A stretch of DNA of 53,120 nucleotides from NCBI GenBank assembly GCA_002633005.1, contig NMRA01000777.1, positions 99,323 to 152,442 of the forward strand, read 5' to 3'. The DNA is from Phoronis australis. Lineage: Eukaryota; Animalia; Phoronida. A program made the position numbers and the translations under genes. This document shows, in pieces, positions 40,091 through 53,120 of this stretch. Numbering within the stretch: position 1 is the stretch's first letter; each line of letters starts with the position of its first letter. A model generated the notes under the pieces. The model was not told the origin of the DNA, did no database searches, and saw only the letters and a list, made by a program, of their open reading frames with translations.

Positions 40091-43000
40091 ATGGCGTTCG
40101 CAACTGTTGATTTTTCTCCATACGGCCTTCATGTCCAGGACCCGAATTCAGTGTCTGACGCGGAACTCAAGGATGTTGCACACAAGGTGCGCATTGCGCT
40201 GGAAACTACGACGACAATGTATATCGTAAATCATGGAATCCCACAGCAGCTAGTGAGTTGTGATTGCTTGGTAGTAATTTGCGTCGTTTTTAAATGGTCT
40301 TGCATGCAGCCTCGTTTGGAAAGTCAACAAACAGTATTTTGAAATTGTGCCTGCGTTCTAAAACGACGAAATTTGTGTTTGAATCATTCCCTGATCAAGT
40401 CAGATTTTATTTGGTCTCAACTCACGATAGTGGCTGCGGGTTTGAAAAAGTTCGTGTTGTTATTTTTGCTGGTAATATGAAGAAATATTTTACTATATGC
40501 TGAAATGAATTAATATAATGATAATTTCGATAATTTTCGAAAATCCGGTTAGTGAGTTCTTTTAGCTTATTTAGAGTTAAAGGTTACCAGCGAGTATGAC
40601 GAATGAAACTAAACATATTGATTAACTGTTACGTGCTGCCCTCTTTCAGATCATAATCGTTTCGTCGAAACGTGGCGATCACTGGCACTGACTGATTAGA
40701 AATAATAGAAAAAAGGTGTCCTCGAAGTCGTTTTTGTTGATGTTCATTATGAAGCCCTGGCTACTGTTCATACCCTGTTTACTCAAGGGTAGGTCAACTC
40801 ACATACAACGTTTGGGCAACAAGGTACCCTTTTTCGACTGAATTACCTGCAAAAGGGTTCATTTCGTCTTAGTGTAGGATTATGTTACGGGAACAATATT
40901 CCATGACAACGTATCACTTTATAAAAGAAACTCTACACAAACGGATAGGTTTTGCATCCTCTCTCAGTAATGGTGGGTGAAATACTCTTCGGGTGTCAGA
41001 ACGTATGGGGATAGAAAAGTTTATTTGGATATTGCATTTTACGTATATGTATTTTATGTTTGTCATACTGTACATCGTCTGAGTCATAATAACTGACCTA
41101 TTACATCGTTTGAGTCATAATAACTGACCTACTGCGTCTACATCTAGGATACTTTTTGTCTCTGGAAACAGAACTCGGGTCTCAATTTACGGGAAGTATA
41201 TTGAACATACATAAACATTTTTACGTAGATCCAGAATTGCTTTGACTCGACCAAGTGCTTCTTCGAACAAACAACGGAAACGAAGAGAAAATATGCATAC
41301 GAAAGCGGTCTTGTGCACGGCTGGGTGGCACCCGGTCAAGAGGAGTAAGTTCTCCATTTAATGGAACGCTGAACATGAAAAGCGTTTTGTTTTGTGCTAT
41401 ATGTTTTAAAGTTTCATTATTTAATTTGCGTACAGTTTGTAAAATATGTTGTAATTGTTACTTTTAACTTAACGTTAGGGCTTCACGTTAAAACCTGCTT
41501 TTTATCCCTGCTCCGGGGTCTAATCTTTCCACTCGCAATTAAATTCGACATTACCTTTGCCAATTTCTGTAACAGTTGTTCTTTTGTGCGAACTCAAGGT
41601 AAGTGTCTGTTATTCAAAGCTAGAGTAGACAATGGCTTACTTGGATAACTGTCCAATCTTTTTTGCACTTGTTGAAACCAGCATTTAGATAAACATTTCA
41701 AGCGTGAACTTGAAATTTCGAGTTCTTACTCGAAATCTCAGTAAAGGGTCATCAAGTGCAATTTTCTGCATAAAACATAATGTACTTGGTTACAGAGTAA
41801 TTTGACACTTATTTTTTGAGTTCTCCCAAAAGTGGAACGGAAAATGACAACAGTAACTTCAAGTTCGATGTCGAATACAAAGATTAGACCTCGATCCCTG
41901 CTTGAATCTCATCGAATAAAAAAACTCAAAATTAGACCAATTACACCCTCAAAGTCGGTCTCAAAGTTTTCCCTCACTATAATGAGACTTTGTTTCTTTT
42001 CGCCTTTTTGAGTAAAAATGCACCGGTAAATGATAAAGTGGTCCAACCCTTCTCGTTTCCAGTTATCTCTCAGAAACAACTCGGTGTTGAAACCGACGTC
42101 CTTTGTGGCAGTTAGATTGGCCTACAAAAGAAGTGTGGCTTTAAGGTGAAAATTTTTCAAAACCCAACTTAACTTGAACGAGCTGAGTAGTATAAAAGCG
42201 CCTAAAAGCCTAAATTTACTTTGCCTAATTAGTACGAACAGTACCATACACATAGGGTCTTTACTCTGGTATATTTTATTTGCGTGGTTTGTAGACCTGA
42301 ACAGTATGAACAGTACACAGCAGATGGACATTACGAACAGTATTCAAGCGCATAGAGGCCTATAAGCGTGATATGCAGATTTTAAAGTTGGAATATTTCA
42401 TATTAAATCAGAGTGGATGCTATTTAATAACTGGAAACTGAAACTTATTATTAGTATTAAGTTTTACGACATTTTCTTGCCTCTTGGCTTTTTAATAATG
42501 CGATTCAGCTACAATGAATTCAAAGAAGCTGGGAATGTCATTTGCATTTGACATTTTTTCATTCCTTTGAATAGTACATGTGTCATTAAACACGAATTCT
42601 TTTTTCCAGTGTTGATCTGTCAAAGCCATTTGATGACAAAGAAGGTTATCTATATAAGCTTCCAAAATCACCTGATGGAAAAGTTCTAACGGAGAGGGTA
42701 AGCAACTGCGTACCTTATCCCGGATTCGTTTCAAGTGAGCAAATGCACATGGGAACACAGGAAGTAATGGTGTGAACTATACGAGAAGTTTTGTTCGAGA
42801 ACTCGTATTTGAAATATATCTTAAATGATATTGGCAGTTTAGAAATATTCAATGACTCCGATCTATTTATTTTCTGGGCATTTTACGTATTTTGCGATTA
42901 CATCTCACGGGTTACAATGTTATGCGCGTCTAGATATCTCAAACCGACAAATTTTGAAAATTAGTGGAACGTAAACAGTCAATGATTTAATGTTCTAAAA

Positions 43001-46000
43001 ACACGGCCTGGCTCACATCACATGACAAAATGCTGTGCTGGCGATATACCGAAACTTCAGTTAGCATAAACCGCATCATGCGCCACCTATCTTTCATGTG
43101 GCAGCTCTCGCGCCGTTGCACAATTCAACTCGTTTGTTTGCTGGTACCCAGGATAAAAGCAGAAACTACATATCCACCTCGGGTACCAGATTAACCCTGT
43201 TTATGGGTTGTGATAACGATAGACGATCCACTGCATATCTTACTCAGTAATATGAACCTGTGCATGAAGTAGCTCTCTTCACTCAATTGGTTCTTGTGTG
43301 CGCAATCAATGACCTATCTATGTGAGCGCAGCTTGCACGATGTCGGGTGATTTTTCTGTTCCGAGCTAGGGCGTCTCTTGATTGGACAGGTCGTCACGCG
43401 TGGGCTTGGGCGAACTAATCGACTTTCTCTGGTCTCTGAAATTTAAATAAAAATCCTAAAATGCTGTTTATACGCAACATTCTATCAAAATCCAAAGTTG
43501 TATCATTTTAAGCGCCTTGTACGTACTATGTCTCGGATACGATAGACCTCTCTTCAAACCTGGCGTGATCTCAGTGCTTTCTACGTTTTATGTATATGAA
43601 ATGCGCGATATGTACAAGAGTACGCAAACTCTTTGGCTGTGCCCATTGTTGCTCGATATGTTCGACTAGCCTAAACACTCCTAAACACCTGTCATCCAAC
43701 ATTGCAGGTCACACCATCTGAAGAAGACGTGCCCGGGCTCAGGTCAAACATGAATGAGTTGTTTTATTGTGGAGCAGAATTCACCAAACGGTTCTTGGAT
43801 GTTTTGGCCTTAGGATTGGAGTTAGGGGTATTGAGTTACACAACTTTAAATCAGACGGACCAAAATGAACATGCCAAACTAGTTACCTTTAGTACGCCTA
43901 TCAGCGCAAATCTCTTGCGGGATTTCAAAGTTTTTTTTCTGGAGTAGTAAAGAAGTTGATGTTTCTCGATGAGTACAATGTTATTTTTATACTAAATGGC
44001 ACCTATTACCCAGCATAAAGTCACGAAACAAGTTCATTTGACTGGCGGATACATAATGTTGAAAAGTTCTTCATACAGAGTCAATGAGTTACGTACCAGT
44101 TAACGTTTTCGGCTATGGGTCCTGCAGCCTTTTTCAAACTAATGGTGTTGGGTTGAGCACGTGACGTCATCCTTATAGGCCGTGGGGACATCTATCGGTC
44201 GTCCCGTTTACTTAGAGTGTGCTGCAGCGCCGTAGATATCTGGCAAGGTATACTGAAAGTTCAGTGTCACTCAGTGGTGGAAGCCATTTTGTTGGTGCAC
44301 CATCAAAATTCAAAACAAAGACATAAATATTCCATATTTGATTCTTATTATCTTGAACAGCTTCGTGCTATGCTGAGAGAGCATTATTTGAGAATAAGTG
44401 TTGATTAAATTTGGCTTGCGTTAAAGTTGACTTCGCTTTATGACTTATGAAACTAAGTTAAAACAGAAAGAGTACCTGTGACGATGTGCATTTTATTTTT
44501 TGCCGTTACGTCTTTCCCTTTCCAGCGTGACTTTTTCTCAAAGCACCTGGGACGTCCTGATACTCTAGATAGTTATTATTGCCTCAGAGCCAACTGGTAT
44601 CCTCCGGCCCACAGTAAGTCTTGTGTGTCCACGCATTTATCCCTTACACGTTGATTCAGTCGAGTGCAATACGGCCATGTGATATTGCTTTCCGTATTCC
44701 CCTCCCGGACTACTTCAAAAGTACCGTCTGATATGGAAACTTCAAAAGGCAGGTCAATGTCGACTCGACGTCGTTAGCCGGTTCTATCATCACAATAGCG
44801 GATTTGCAGCGACGCCATATTGAAATTAGTTAAAATGGTGCATTGTGGGTGCTGTGGTCAGGATTCCGAAAGCGGCCATAGTAACAAGCATAATACGCGG
44901 TATGAGTGCGAAGAAAACTTACGGCAGATACACTTGTTGTGTTCCTGGCTGCTTCAAAAACAACAAGAGGGATAAAAATCTGAGTTTGTATGTGTTCCCT
45001 GCAAACCAAAAACTTCGTGAAAAATGGATAAACAACATTAGGAGACCTGGGAGTAAGGGGAAATTTAGCGCATTCAAACGAACGCGGGGCCATCTAGTAG
45101 GCAACACGTAGCCCCTCGGTTGGCCATGTAGGGGCTACAATACTTCCATTCGCTTTCTGTACTCATTTCGTTACTCCAGTGNNNNNNNNNNNNNNNNNNN
45201 NNNNNNNNNNNNNNNNNNNNNNNNNNNNNNNNNNNNNNNNNNNNNNNNNNNNNNNNNNNNNNNNNNNNNNNNNNNNNNNNNNNNNNNNNNNNNNNNNNNN
45301 NNNNNNNNNNNNNNNNNNNNNNNNNNNNNNNNNNNNNNNNCACTTAAAATTAACGTCTCTAGCATATCCACGACGAAAGCTACAAAAGTTAAGCAACCCA
45401 AGAACTCTCAACTTGTCTGAAATAGGAGGAGATTTCGAAATCAACGCCGATAACCCCAATACTGAACACGGCGACAGTCGTGCTCTCGGTCACACGGTCA
45501 CTGATCATAGCTACGCTGTGTTTACAAACGAAAGAGAGGACTTGCTTGGTATTATAAAGCAAAAAATGAAACATGGTTTTTAGTTTGCAAATCACTCCAA
45601 ATGCACACACTATCCAGCCTGCTCAAGACATGCCTGACCACAAGCTATCCCATGAGCCTTCGCGAAGGAAGTAACTCGCACATGCGCAATGCGTAGTTCG
45701 TCTGCGCTGCAAATCCGCTATTGCAGCAGTATAAATAACACTCAACATGCAATCATGTCCCAAACGTAACATCTGGAACAAAACTGTTAATTATATGACA
45801 CTTTTGTCTCAGTTTTCAATTGCTAAAAATTATATCGCCTGCAACTCAGGCGCCGATTCCTCGGTAACTTCAATATCAAATATTACTGTTACTTACTTTC
45901 AAGAAATATTACAATTTCAATGCCGTTGTTTTCATCTTTGTTACGTCTTTTCAAGCAAAACATCATTACATTTAAAACTGTTTCTTTTACTGGAGAAAAC

Positions 46001-48113
46001 TTGTAACCTAACGCGCAAGTGCATACATATAGGATGTGATCCCCCACGTGAACACTCTGGGTGAAGTTGTTAAAAAATCTGCCGAAAAAATGAAAGAAAC
46101 TTAGGAATTTGAAACGTATGGGATATACAAAACGCACCTCGATTGGCGTAGATGAAGTACTATCCCACTCGACATTATTCCGCGTATTGACCGAAACCGA
46201 AGGTCAAGGTGGATACGCGGAATAATGTCTCGTGGGATATTACTTCATCTACGCCACTCTCGGTACATTTTGTGTATTTACTGTGGTGGTAAGTAAAGGT
46301 ATACGAGCAGTTTTCAACCGTCTCCTATCATAAGCAATTGTTAAACTTTTTGTATTTCGATCCTTGCCTACTACAAATCTTTAAAAAATTGGAGGTCACC
46401 GGACTAGTTTTTCCGTTATAGCCGCCTAAACAGAAGCACATCTGTCAAAAGTTTTTTCTGTTTTTCTTGAGTACCTCAAAGTTTGCTTTTGCAGAGTGAG
46501 TCACACTGTTCAAGTGTTGTCAATGTTTTAATTTCATGCCAATATTTTGCTGTGCATGAAATACGAAAATCAAGTCAGGGGGTTGTCGACATTTTTATGA
46601 AGCCACGCCATTTTTTGAGTCCATGTTTTTGTATTTGTTAATTTCATTTGCACATTCTACTATATTTCGTGATTTTTAGGTAAATCAGAAGTAAGATTTG
46701 GAAAACATTCCGACTTTGGAATAATAACGTTTTTGTTTCAAAATGGACCTGGGTTGGAGGTAAGTATGCCTTGTTTGGACTCTAAAGTTTACATGAGCAA
46801 ACAATGGCCGAGCATTTTTATTTATCTTTCCTTGCACAGTTGTAATTTGGTTTGAGATCGCTATAAGCACTTTCTAAAATTGGAGGTCAGTCTGTAGGTT
46901 AGGGAGTTTAGATGGTATCCTGTTTCATGTAACCGAGAACAGTTGCATAAAAGTATGCTAGTTAGCAGCGATGCATTGCCACGCGTCACGTTGATTTTGT
47001 TGAATAATGCACTGGACGTCATGCAACTTCTCCGGCGATTAAATTTTGAAGTTCTATACAACCCAACCCTGGTGTGTGGAATATCAAGTCAGTCAGTCCT
47101 TAACGCGTGTAGACTTGGTTTGTTAACGCTCTAACGTGTTAATGTGCTGCGGAGATGAATGTTAACATCATTTCCCTTGGTGTATAAACACCATCCCCAA
47201 GCCTATTTGCATTGGCACGACGATTGGCCTTGTACAACCCGTGCGCGTTAAAAACTGACAGGCTTAGAATTCCATACGTGTTGTTAATATCGCAATGTGT
47301 CAGCAAAAGTCAAAAACAATCCTTTTGTAATTTAGATTTACGATCGGGAAGCTGACAAATGGATCGCCGCACTTCCCCTTGACGGAGCTTGTGTCGTCAA
47401 TGTCGGCCTTTTGCTACAGCGCTGGACATCGGATCGCTTGCTTTCAACAGTATGTTTTTTATCCGAGCTAAGTACTACTAATCCAGGATCGTGTAATAGC
47501 ACGTTAGTACATTTATGTTCATCTTTACAGTGTTCATGTACCGGAGAGCATTGCTTAAGACTGGGATTCGAAAACAATGCGAAGCTCATTCGATTATGGT
47601 TGCCGTATGAACCGGCAACTCAAGTCACAGGCAATAGCTACAACCGCCATTTTCGAATTCTCAATTTTAGGATTGGTCACACCCAATAAACTCTGAAGCA
47701 TTTTCTTGAGACGCAGCCGGTTTCAATGAAATGTTTCAATGGTAATGGAAATAGAATCCTATCGCGATAAGGAATGCAATGAGGGCGGTCTAATTCTAGT
47801 TAGCTAGCAAATACAATACGGCGAAATTGAGCTTTGTCAGATTAAGAAGAAAACGTAGAAGTACACTAGTCTATTTGTATAAAACGTTTTAAGTTCTATT
47901 AGCTGATAATGATCCGAGTGTGTTGTACGTTTGGCTTAGATCCATCGGGTGGTAATCCCGGAAACAGAAGAGGAACGCTCCCGAAGTCGCCAGTCATTGG
48001 TCATATTTGGAAATTCTGAAGATACGGTAATCACGTGCGCCGATAACAAGTACCCTCCTGTTTCTACCAAAGAATACATCGACAGCTTAATGAGCGCTAC
48101 ATTCCATTATTGA
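40091..48113 (+). CDS. 2-oxoglutarate/Fe(II)-dependent dioxygenase, isopenicillin N synthase-like (DIOX_N + 2OG-FeII_Oxy), 8 exons, 313 aa
   Basis: Exons 40091-40252, 41229-41344, 42610-42697, 43708-43827, 44526-44613, 46680-46759, 47336-47449, 47940-48113; all GT-AG with matching phases, 942 nt. Motifs: VDFS, YIVNHGI, FF..K..Y..HGW, LRANWYPP, FGKHSDFGIITFLFQ..GLE, W..A.P..G..VVNVG..LQRWT, IHRVV, RQSLVIF. Confidence 0.92.
44793..45723 (+). mobile_element. THAP-carrying non-autonomous DNA transposon (ISL2EU/Harbinger-like) in intron 5 of the dioxygenase
   Basis: Perfect 19-bp inverted ends CAATAGCGGATTTGCAGCG, also readable as an AT TSD plus a 15-bp TIR. THAP ORF from ATG 44902 (CCVPGC..LYVFP..W). 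DHSY HCF-1-binding-type motif after the N gap (45182-45340). Confidence 0.8.
46123..46278. repeat. Palindromic (hairpin) element
   Basis: TGGCGTAGATGAAGTA..GACATTATTCCGCGTAT mirrors ATACGCGGAATAATGTC..TACTTCATCTACGCCA around a central TTGACC..GGTCAA. Confidence 0.85.
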
Positions 48114-48422
48114 ATTATTTTGGAACAGTGCCATTTCAGAGCCAATGGTGTTGTGGATACGAGCAGAACGACAAACTACATCTACTTTCTCTGTTCTATT
48201 CAAGAACTTTTGTGACAATGCCGAGACAAATTCACCAATTTTAAAATATGAAGTGCTACAACCACGAATTACAGGCAAAAAGGCGAGAAGAAGAAGAAGA
48301 ACTGTTGATTTCCTAAATTTCCCTTAATGGAATTGGTCTAAGATGAGAACTAATGTTTGGGTTTAGGGCGACTCTGAATACTTGCTAGTGTTCGTGACTA
48401 GTTAAATGATAGAATATACAGA

Positions 48423-48428
48423 AATAAA
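48423..48428 (+). terminator. Candidate poly(A) signal of the dioxygenase gene
   Basis: AATAAA about 310 nt after the TGA. Confidence 0.4.
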
Positions 48429-48759
48429 ATAACACAAAGTTCACAAAGAGGTTGTAAAATGATTATTATTGTATCCTTTATCAAATCTTTAAAGCCATCC
48501 TGTACCCTGATTTATTTCAATCAATGGTATTGCACTGCTGTTACACATTTATTACTCGCTGCGTTGACATAACGTTTTACGTTTTGCTGGTGCGTTTTAC
48601 CGAGGTACGACAATTGCAAATTTAGTTTCGTCTGAAACTGTTCGGTTACTTTACGAAATTTGGGGTGTTGAGAAGAATGAAGATTTTTAATATGTTTTAT
48701 GGACTTAGTTTTCCTAATTTTTCATTTTCACAAAGATTCCACTGAAAAAAAGAAATTTT

Positions 48760-49140
48760 CCATGAGCCTTCGAAACTTTCAAAAACTATTATTAAATATT
48801 GCGCACAAACGTACATATTCCCACTTCCGTGGACTTTACAAAAAGCAAAACAAGAGCTGAAGTGGGAATCACAAGACAACGCTTCTGAATCGTCCAAACG
48901 GGGGAGGGAAGTATATGCTTCCTCCCATAATTTTGCTTGTGATTCGAGATTGGTTCGGTTCAAAATAAGTGTAAGTTTTCTTCATCGAATTGTCGCCACA
49001 AACGAGTTTCTTTTCAAAAGTGGTATCCAGCGATCAAATCTTTGCATACTTTGTAAAAATGAGCCAGAAAATATCACCCATCTTTGCGAAAGCGCTCTGG
49101 TCCCAGGTTTTAATCTTTGCACTGGAAAGGGAACTCTACT
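48760..49140 (+). mobile_element. Degenerate non-LTR retrotransposon fragment (C-terminal zf-RVT region, L1/Tx1-like)
   Basis: FLHRIVATNEFLFKSGIQRSNLCILCKNEPENITHL matches the LINE ORF2 C-terminal CxxC..H pattern; frameshifted. Confidence 0.7.
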
Positions 49141-50324
49141 TTTGTGCGAACTCAAGAGATAGGTCTATTATTGTATGCTCGAGTACATAATGACTTATGT
49201 GGATAATTTTTTAGTCCTAGTTTGCAGTTGATAAACCCAACATTAAGGCTAAAACTTCGAGTCTAAATTCAAAATTTCGAGTTTTTACTCGAGTTTGTAG
49301 CACGAATATAAGGGTCATCAAGTGCAAACTTGGACTAGAAACTCATATGTGTGAACTATAATGTACTCGAAAACAGTCTAATAACTACTTATCTTGAGTT
49401 TGCACAAAAGTTGCAGAAAAGTTGCCGTTTGGTCTGTTATCAATCATTAGTTATTTTTCAAAAAAATCCTATTTACTTAATCTATAGTTAAAAATGTTTT
49501 CTTTGCTAAATTTCACGAATCGGGTGTGATTTGATTTACGTATTTGTCTGGAAACATTTCATATTTCTCTCCAAACATTACTCCTTCAACTGAACTTTTT
49601 AGACAGGAGATTTTATTAGTTTCAGATGGAAACATGTCTTTATTTCGGTAATTGTGAACATGAAAAATTCGACAAAAATTATTGGATTTGACTCCTTTTA
49701 ATATTAATCAATATTAAATTTGATGTCTGGTCTCTTTGCGTGTCCGTGCGTGCTCATGCATGTGCGTAGTGTGTTAGAAACGTCATGCATTGATAATAAA
49801 AAGAGGTCAAATTTGTAATAAACTATTATACAGGAAGACAGTTGCCATCGGACACAACGCCACCTAAATAGAAATGTGGCCCCCTTAAAATGATTTAAAA
49901 CTACACACAGCATTTCATGTGTGGGCATCAGGCGCAGGATTGTACCAACAGTGGAAAGGGGGTCATGTAACATACCTTTTTGACTAAGAGAACGAATAAT
50001 TTAACATTCCGACATTCCGATTGTTTGGGGAATAGCATTTAAGTATTCAAACATGGTTGGTGTTCAGAAATGCATGAATATATTGCTTCATGTCAGTGAA
50101 ATGCCACTGTGTCTTGAAGTAGCGGAAACAACAAGAACAAGATTACGAGGCGTTGAACAAAGCAACTTTTTAGCTGCAACTACAAGAACAAACTAAATTA
50201 ATGCATGCATTCCACATGCCCATACTTTTTCAGGTTATCACCGTTCCACATGTATATGATAGATGTACAAAACAAGAAATGAGCCTTGGTGCCTTTATTA
50301 GCCTCAGGATTGTATACTCTGAGA

Positions 50325-50371
50325 TTTAGGTTAGGGTTAGGTTTAGGGTTAGAGTTAGAGTTGGAGTTAAG
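50325..50371. repeat. Degenerate interstitial (TTAGGG)-like hexamer repeat
   Basis: tttagg ttaggg ttaggt ttaggg ttagag ttagag ttggag. Confidence 0.7.
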
Positions 50372-50799
50372 TAAATGAGACATCAGAACACATGCATTTT
50401 AGTACTAGGCGAAAAAATGAAAATTTTATATTTGACACAATCGTGCGCTTTACTCACTTTGTGGCGACTTCCAAATTTTAAATTAAAACAGTTTTCCTAG
50501 ATTTTCTGTATATTTTCGGAAATCAGTACATTTGCCACTTCTTGAAGTCAGCACACATCAAACGCGCTTAAATTTCAACAGAAAGAAAACAAACGGAAAT
50601 CTGAATTGTCCGGCAAAAATCGTGCAAGATCGGTGAAATACGTGCCTCCAGTGTACGCAATCGTCAGTGCTCTATCTTCGTTGGCTGAAGAAATGAGTTA
50701 GTGATTGAATGTCGCATATTTTACGGTGAGAAATTGAAAGGTATCAGTAAGTTTCTTACAACAGAATACGACACGACCTTTTTGTTGACGATTTCGAAG

Positions 50800-50990
50800 T
50801 CACTTTTGGCGCCCTTAGATTTTGTTTGGCTACCTGGGAATATCCCACAAGTCGCCAAATGAGACTTGCTGTCAAGTTAGGCATCGACCTCTCACTTGTG
50901 TAGGCCTATTTTTGTAAAGAAGAAGCTGAATCGCTTGCACATTTATTTTTGCTTTGTCCCGTTGTGAAAGTGTTCTGGGACAAAGAAGTG
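50800..50990 (+). mobile_element. Second degenerate LINE zf-RVT fragment
   Basis: Translation FCKEEAESLAHLFLLCPVVKVFWDK at ~50910-50985. Confidence 0.6.
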
Positions 50991-51114
50991 TTTAAAGATT
51001 CTCGACCGAGTGTTCTTATTTACAGTTACTTAGTATGGTTTCGGATTTCAACGAGTTCCCACCATGCATTTTCTTAGTTTTTGAGGTTTCACTGGGATAA
51101 TATGAAACGAATAT

Positions 51115-51285
51115 CGGTGGTGGTGGTGGTGATGGTTGTGGTGGTGGTAGTGGTGGTGGTGGTCGTCGTCGTCGTCGTTGTNNNNNNNNNNNNNNGTGGT
51201 GGTGGTTTTGGTGGTGGTGGTTGTGGTGGTTGCGGTAGTGGAGGTGTTGTTGTTGTTGGTGGTGGTGAGGTGTTGGTGATGGTGC
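51115..51285. repeat. (GGT/GTC/GTT)n trinucleotide microsatellite containing an N gap
   Basis: Directly visible; it explains the poly-T/H/V/P ORFs in the track. Confidence 0.92.
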
Positions 51286-53120
51286 AGCGGAAAGCCACAA
51301 CGACAGGTCTCAAGCTTCATCTAGTCTCGAACCCAGATTCTATTATCGTATGAGTTTAGTGTATATTCTCAAACGTCTGTGTTCGGGATCTAATCCTTTT
51401 ACTAGAAATCGAATTCTAAAAATATATTTGGCATTTACAATACGAACGTAAGATAATCATTTCAAATCTTTGCTTTTAATTATGGATTATGCAAACCACT
51501 GTATAGTCCAAATTCGAGATTTCGAGAAAAAATTCGAAATTCCGGGTTCAGACTGAAGTTCCCCATGGAGTGGGGTCATCAGGTGCAAAATAGGATTATT
51601 TAGTAATCCACGTAAAACATGCTACACTTGAGCACAGAATAACAGACAATTAGTACCACATTAGAACGAGAAATGCTAAAAAAAATTTTCGAGATCGATT
51701 TCCAGTAAAAACGATTATATCCCGGCCCCTGGTTTTTAACTCAAACGAAAATATGGTTTTATTTGAAATAGTATCAGAATTTCTTTATAACATTAAATCT
51801 CTTTGTGTGAGTGGATAGAATTTTATACATCTGTATGAAAATGAATTATTTTCATTCGTTGTCATATATCATTGTATTCTTAACATCAGTTTTTTATATT
51901 TATGTATTCGTATATGATCATTGTATATAGACTTCTTTGCATTTTTTACCCAGATATAATGCCTCTTGACGCTTCTGGGTTATGTATATTCATTGTATTA
52001 TGAAGATTTCGTAATAAACATTAAAAAAACTGGTCAATCAACGATGAGGTGAACACATTTATTTAAATGAGCTTAACATAAAGAGCACATTTTTACAACA
52101 TTTACTGGAATAACTTAATACAGGTGACAACCGAGGAGAGTCATTTCCATGCCCACTGCTCACATGTCACTCCAGTTTCAAACTTTATTCTGGTTACACA
52201 CGATTTTGCATTCTATTTTCATATCTCATAAAGGTTATACAAAAAGAATAAGCGTATTTCGGCAGAAATTTTTCCTTGACACAAGTTTTGTTGAACGAAA
52301 CGTTCCATTTGTTTTTAAGCCTTCCACCAATTAGGGTGTATTTCTATTAAAGGCCTATGGTCCGAGTTATAGAAGAAAAAACCTCTTAACGCCGTTTAAG
52401 CCGGTTTTTTGATGTGACATGGAGTTCAAAAAGTTAATAACTTTCAACTTGTGCAAAAATTTTGAAAAAAATCGTAAATACTACAAACGAATGAAATGTT
52501 TACAAAGAATTTAGTATCCCGACCGCTAAATAGATTATAAACATTACAACAACGCATGCGCAGCCACAGATCTAGAGGTCAACAGAATTTATACAAATGG
52601 CGGGGAGAGGTAGATCTATGAAGTGTACGCCGAAGGCGAAACGCAGTCGTCCTGCTCTATGAGATTCAGAAAAAGACGTGTTAGCCAGTACAAAAAGCGG
52701 CATTACCAACAAACCTTGTACCTGTAATCGACTCGTTCGATAGGTGAGAAACAATGAGGACAAGACTGAATGTTCGAACTCGTGAAGGTTTTACATTACA
52801 ACAAATGAACAATACCAGGCAGGCTTTGGATGGACAAATATAAGTCAGTAAGTGTGCTGTTTGTGAAATATTCAATGACTCGTATACACGTTTAGAGCAT
52901 TCACTGATGGGTGACTGATCTCAGTCAGCATGCATCGGACCCGAATCATTTTGAAGAGCCTCAATTCGATTAGCCTTGGTAAAAAGCTGTATAATATACA
53001 GTCATCATACAGCTAGCTGGCTGGCTACAATTCGATCAGCTGTTGTTTTTGTTCTAATACTACTAGTACTAGTAGTAGTACTGATTCACGCTGACCCGGA
53101 CTAGTTACACCATGTTAGTG

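Noticed and set aside
47528-47600. 'TGEHC' as the HxD exon of the dioxygenase
   Set aside because: The true HSD exon is at 46680-46759; this sequence is in intron 7.
51016-51353. Poly-His/Thr/Val/Pro ORFs
   Set aside because: They are translations of a trinucleotide microsatellite across an N gap.

Overview
Intron-rich, AT-rich animal genomic DNA, most likely from a marine invertebrate (inference from gene families, splice signals and transposon types). It is a draft assembly with N gaps. Walking GT-AG junctions by hand gives four spliced protein-coding genes. (1) Minus strand, 6151->2174: a secreted, cysteine-rich repeat protein built from short exons and missing from the ORF track; its 3' end was not found. 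(2) Minus strand, 26501->13525: a 12-exon, 1029-aa DTHD1-like protein (coiled coil, ZU5-ZU5, UPA-like region, two death domains). (3) Plus strand, 32223->37781: an unrecognised, mostly disordered protein of about 954 aa with four YM/L-x-x-T repeats, an SxIP motif and a C-terminal membrane anchor; its small 3' exons are less certain. (4) Plus strand, 40091->48113: an 8-exon, 313-aa 2-oxoglutarate/Fe(II) dioxygenase (IPNS/DIOX_N type) with an intact HxD..H/RxS site. The rest holds many non-autonomous DNA transposons (TTAA-flanked Kolobok-like MITEs, two THAP remnants, foldback and palindromic elements), LINE zf-RVT fragments, short satellites, and a 757-bp duplication that is probably an assembly artefact. 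No rRNA, tRNA or CRISPR features were seen.
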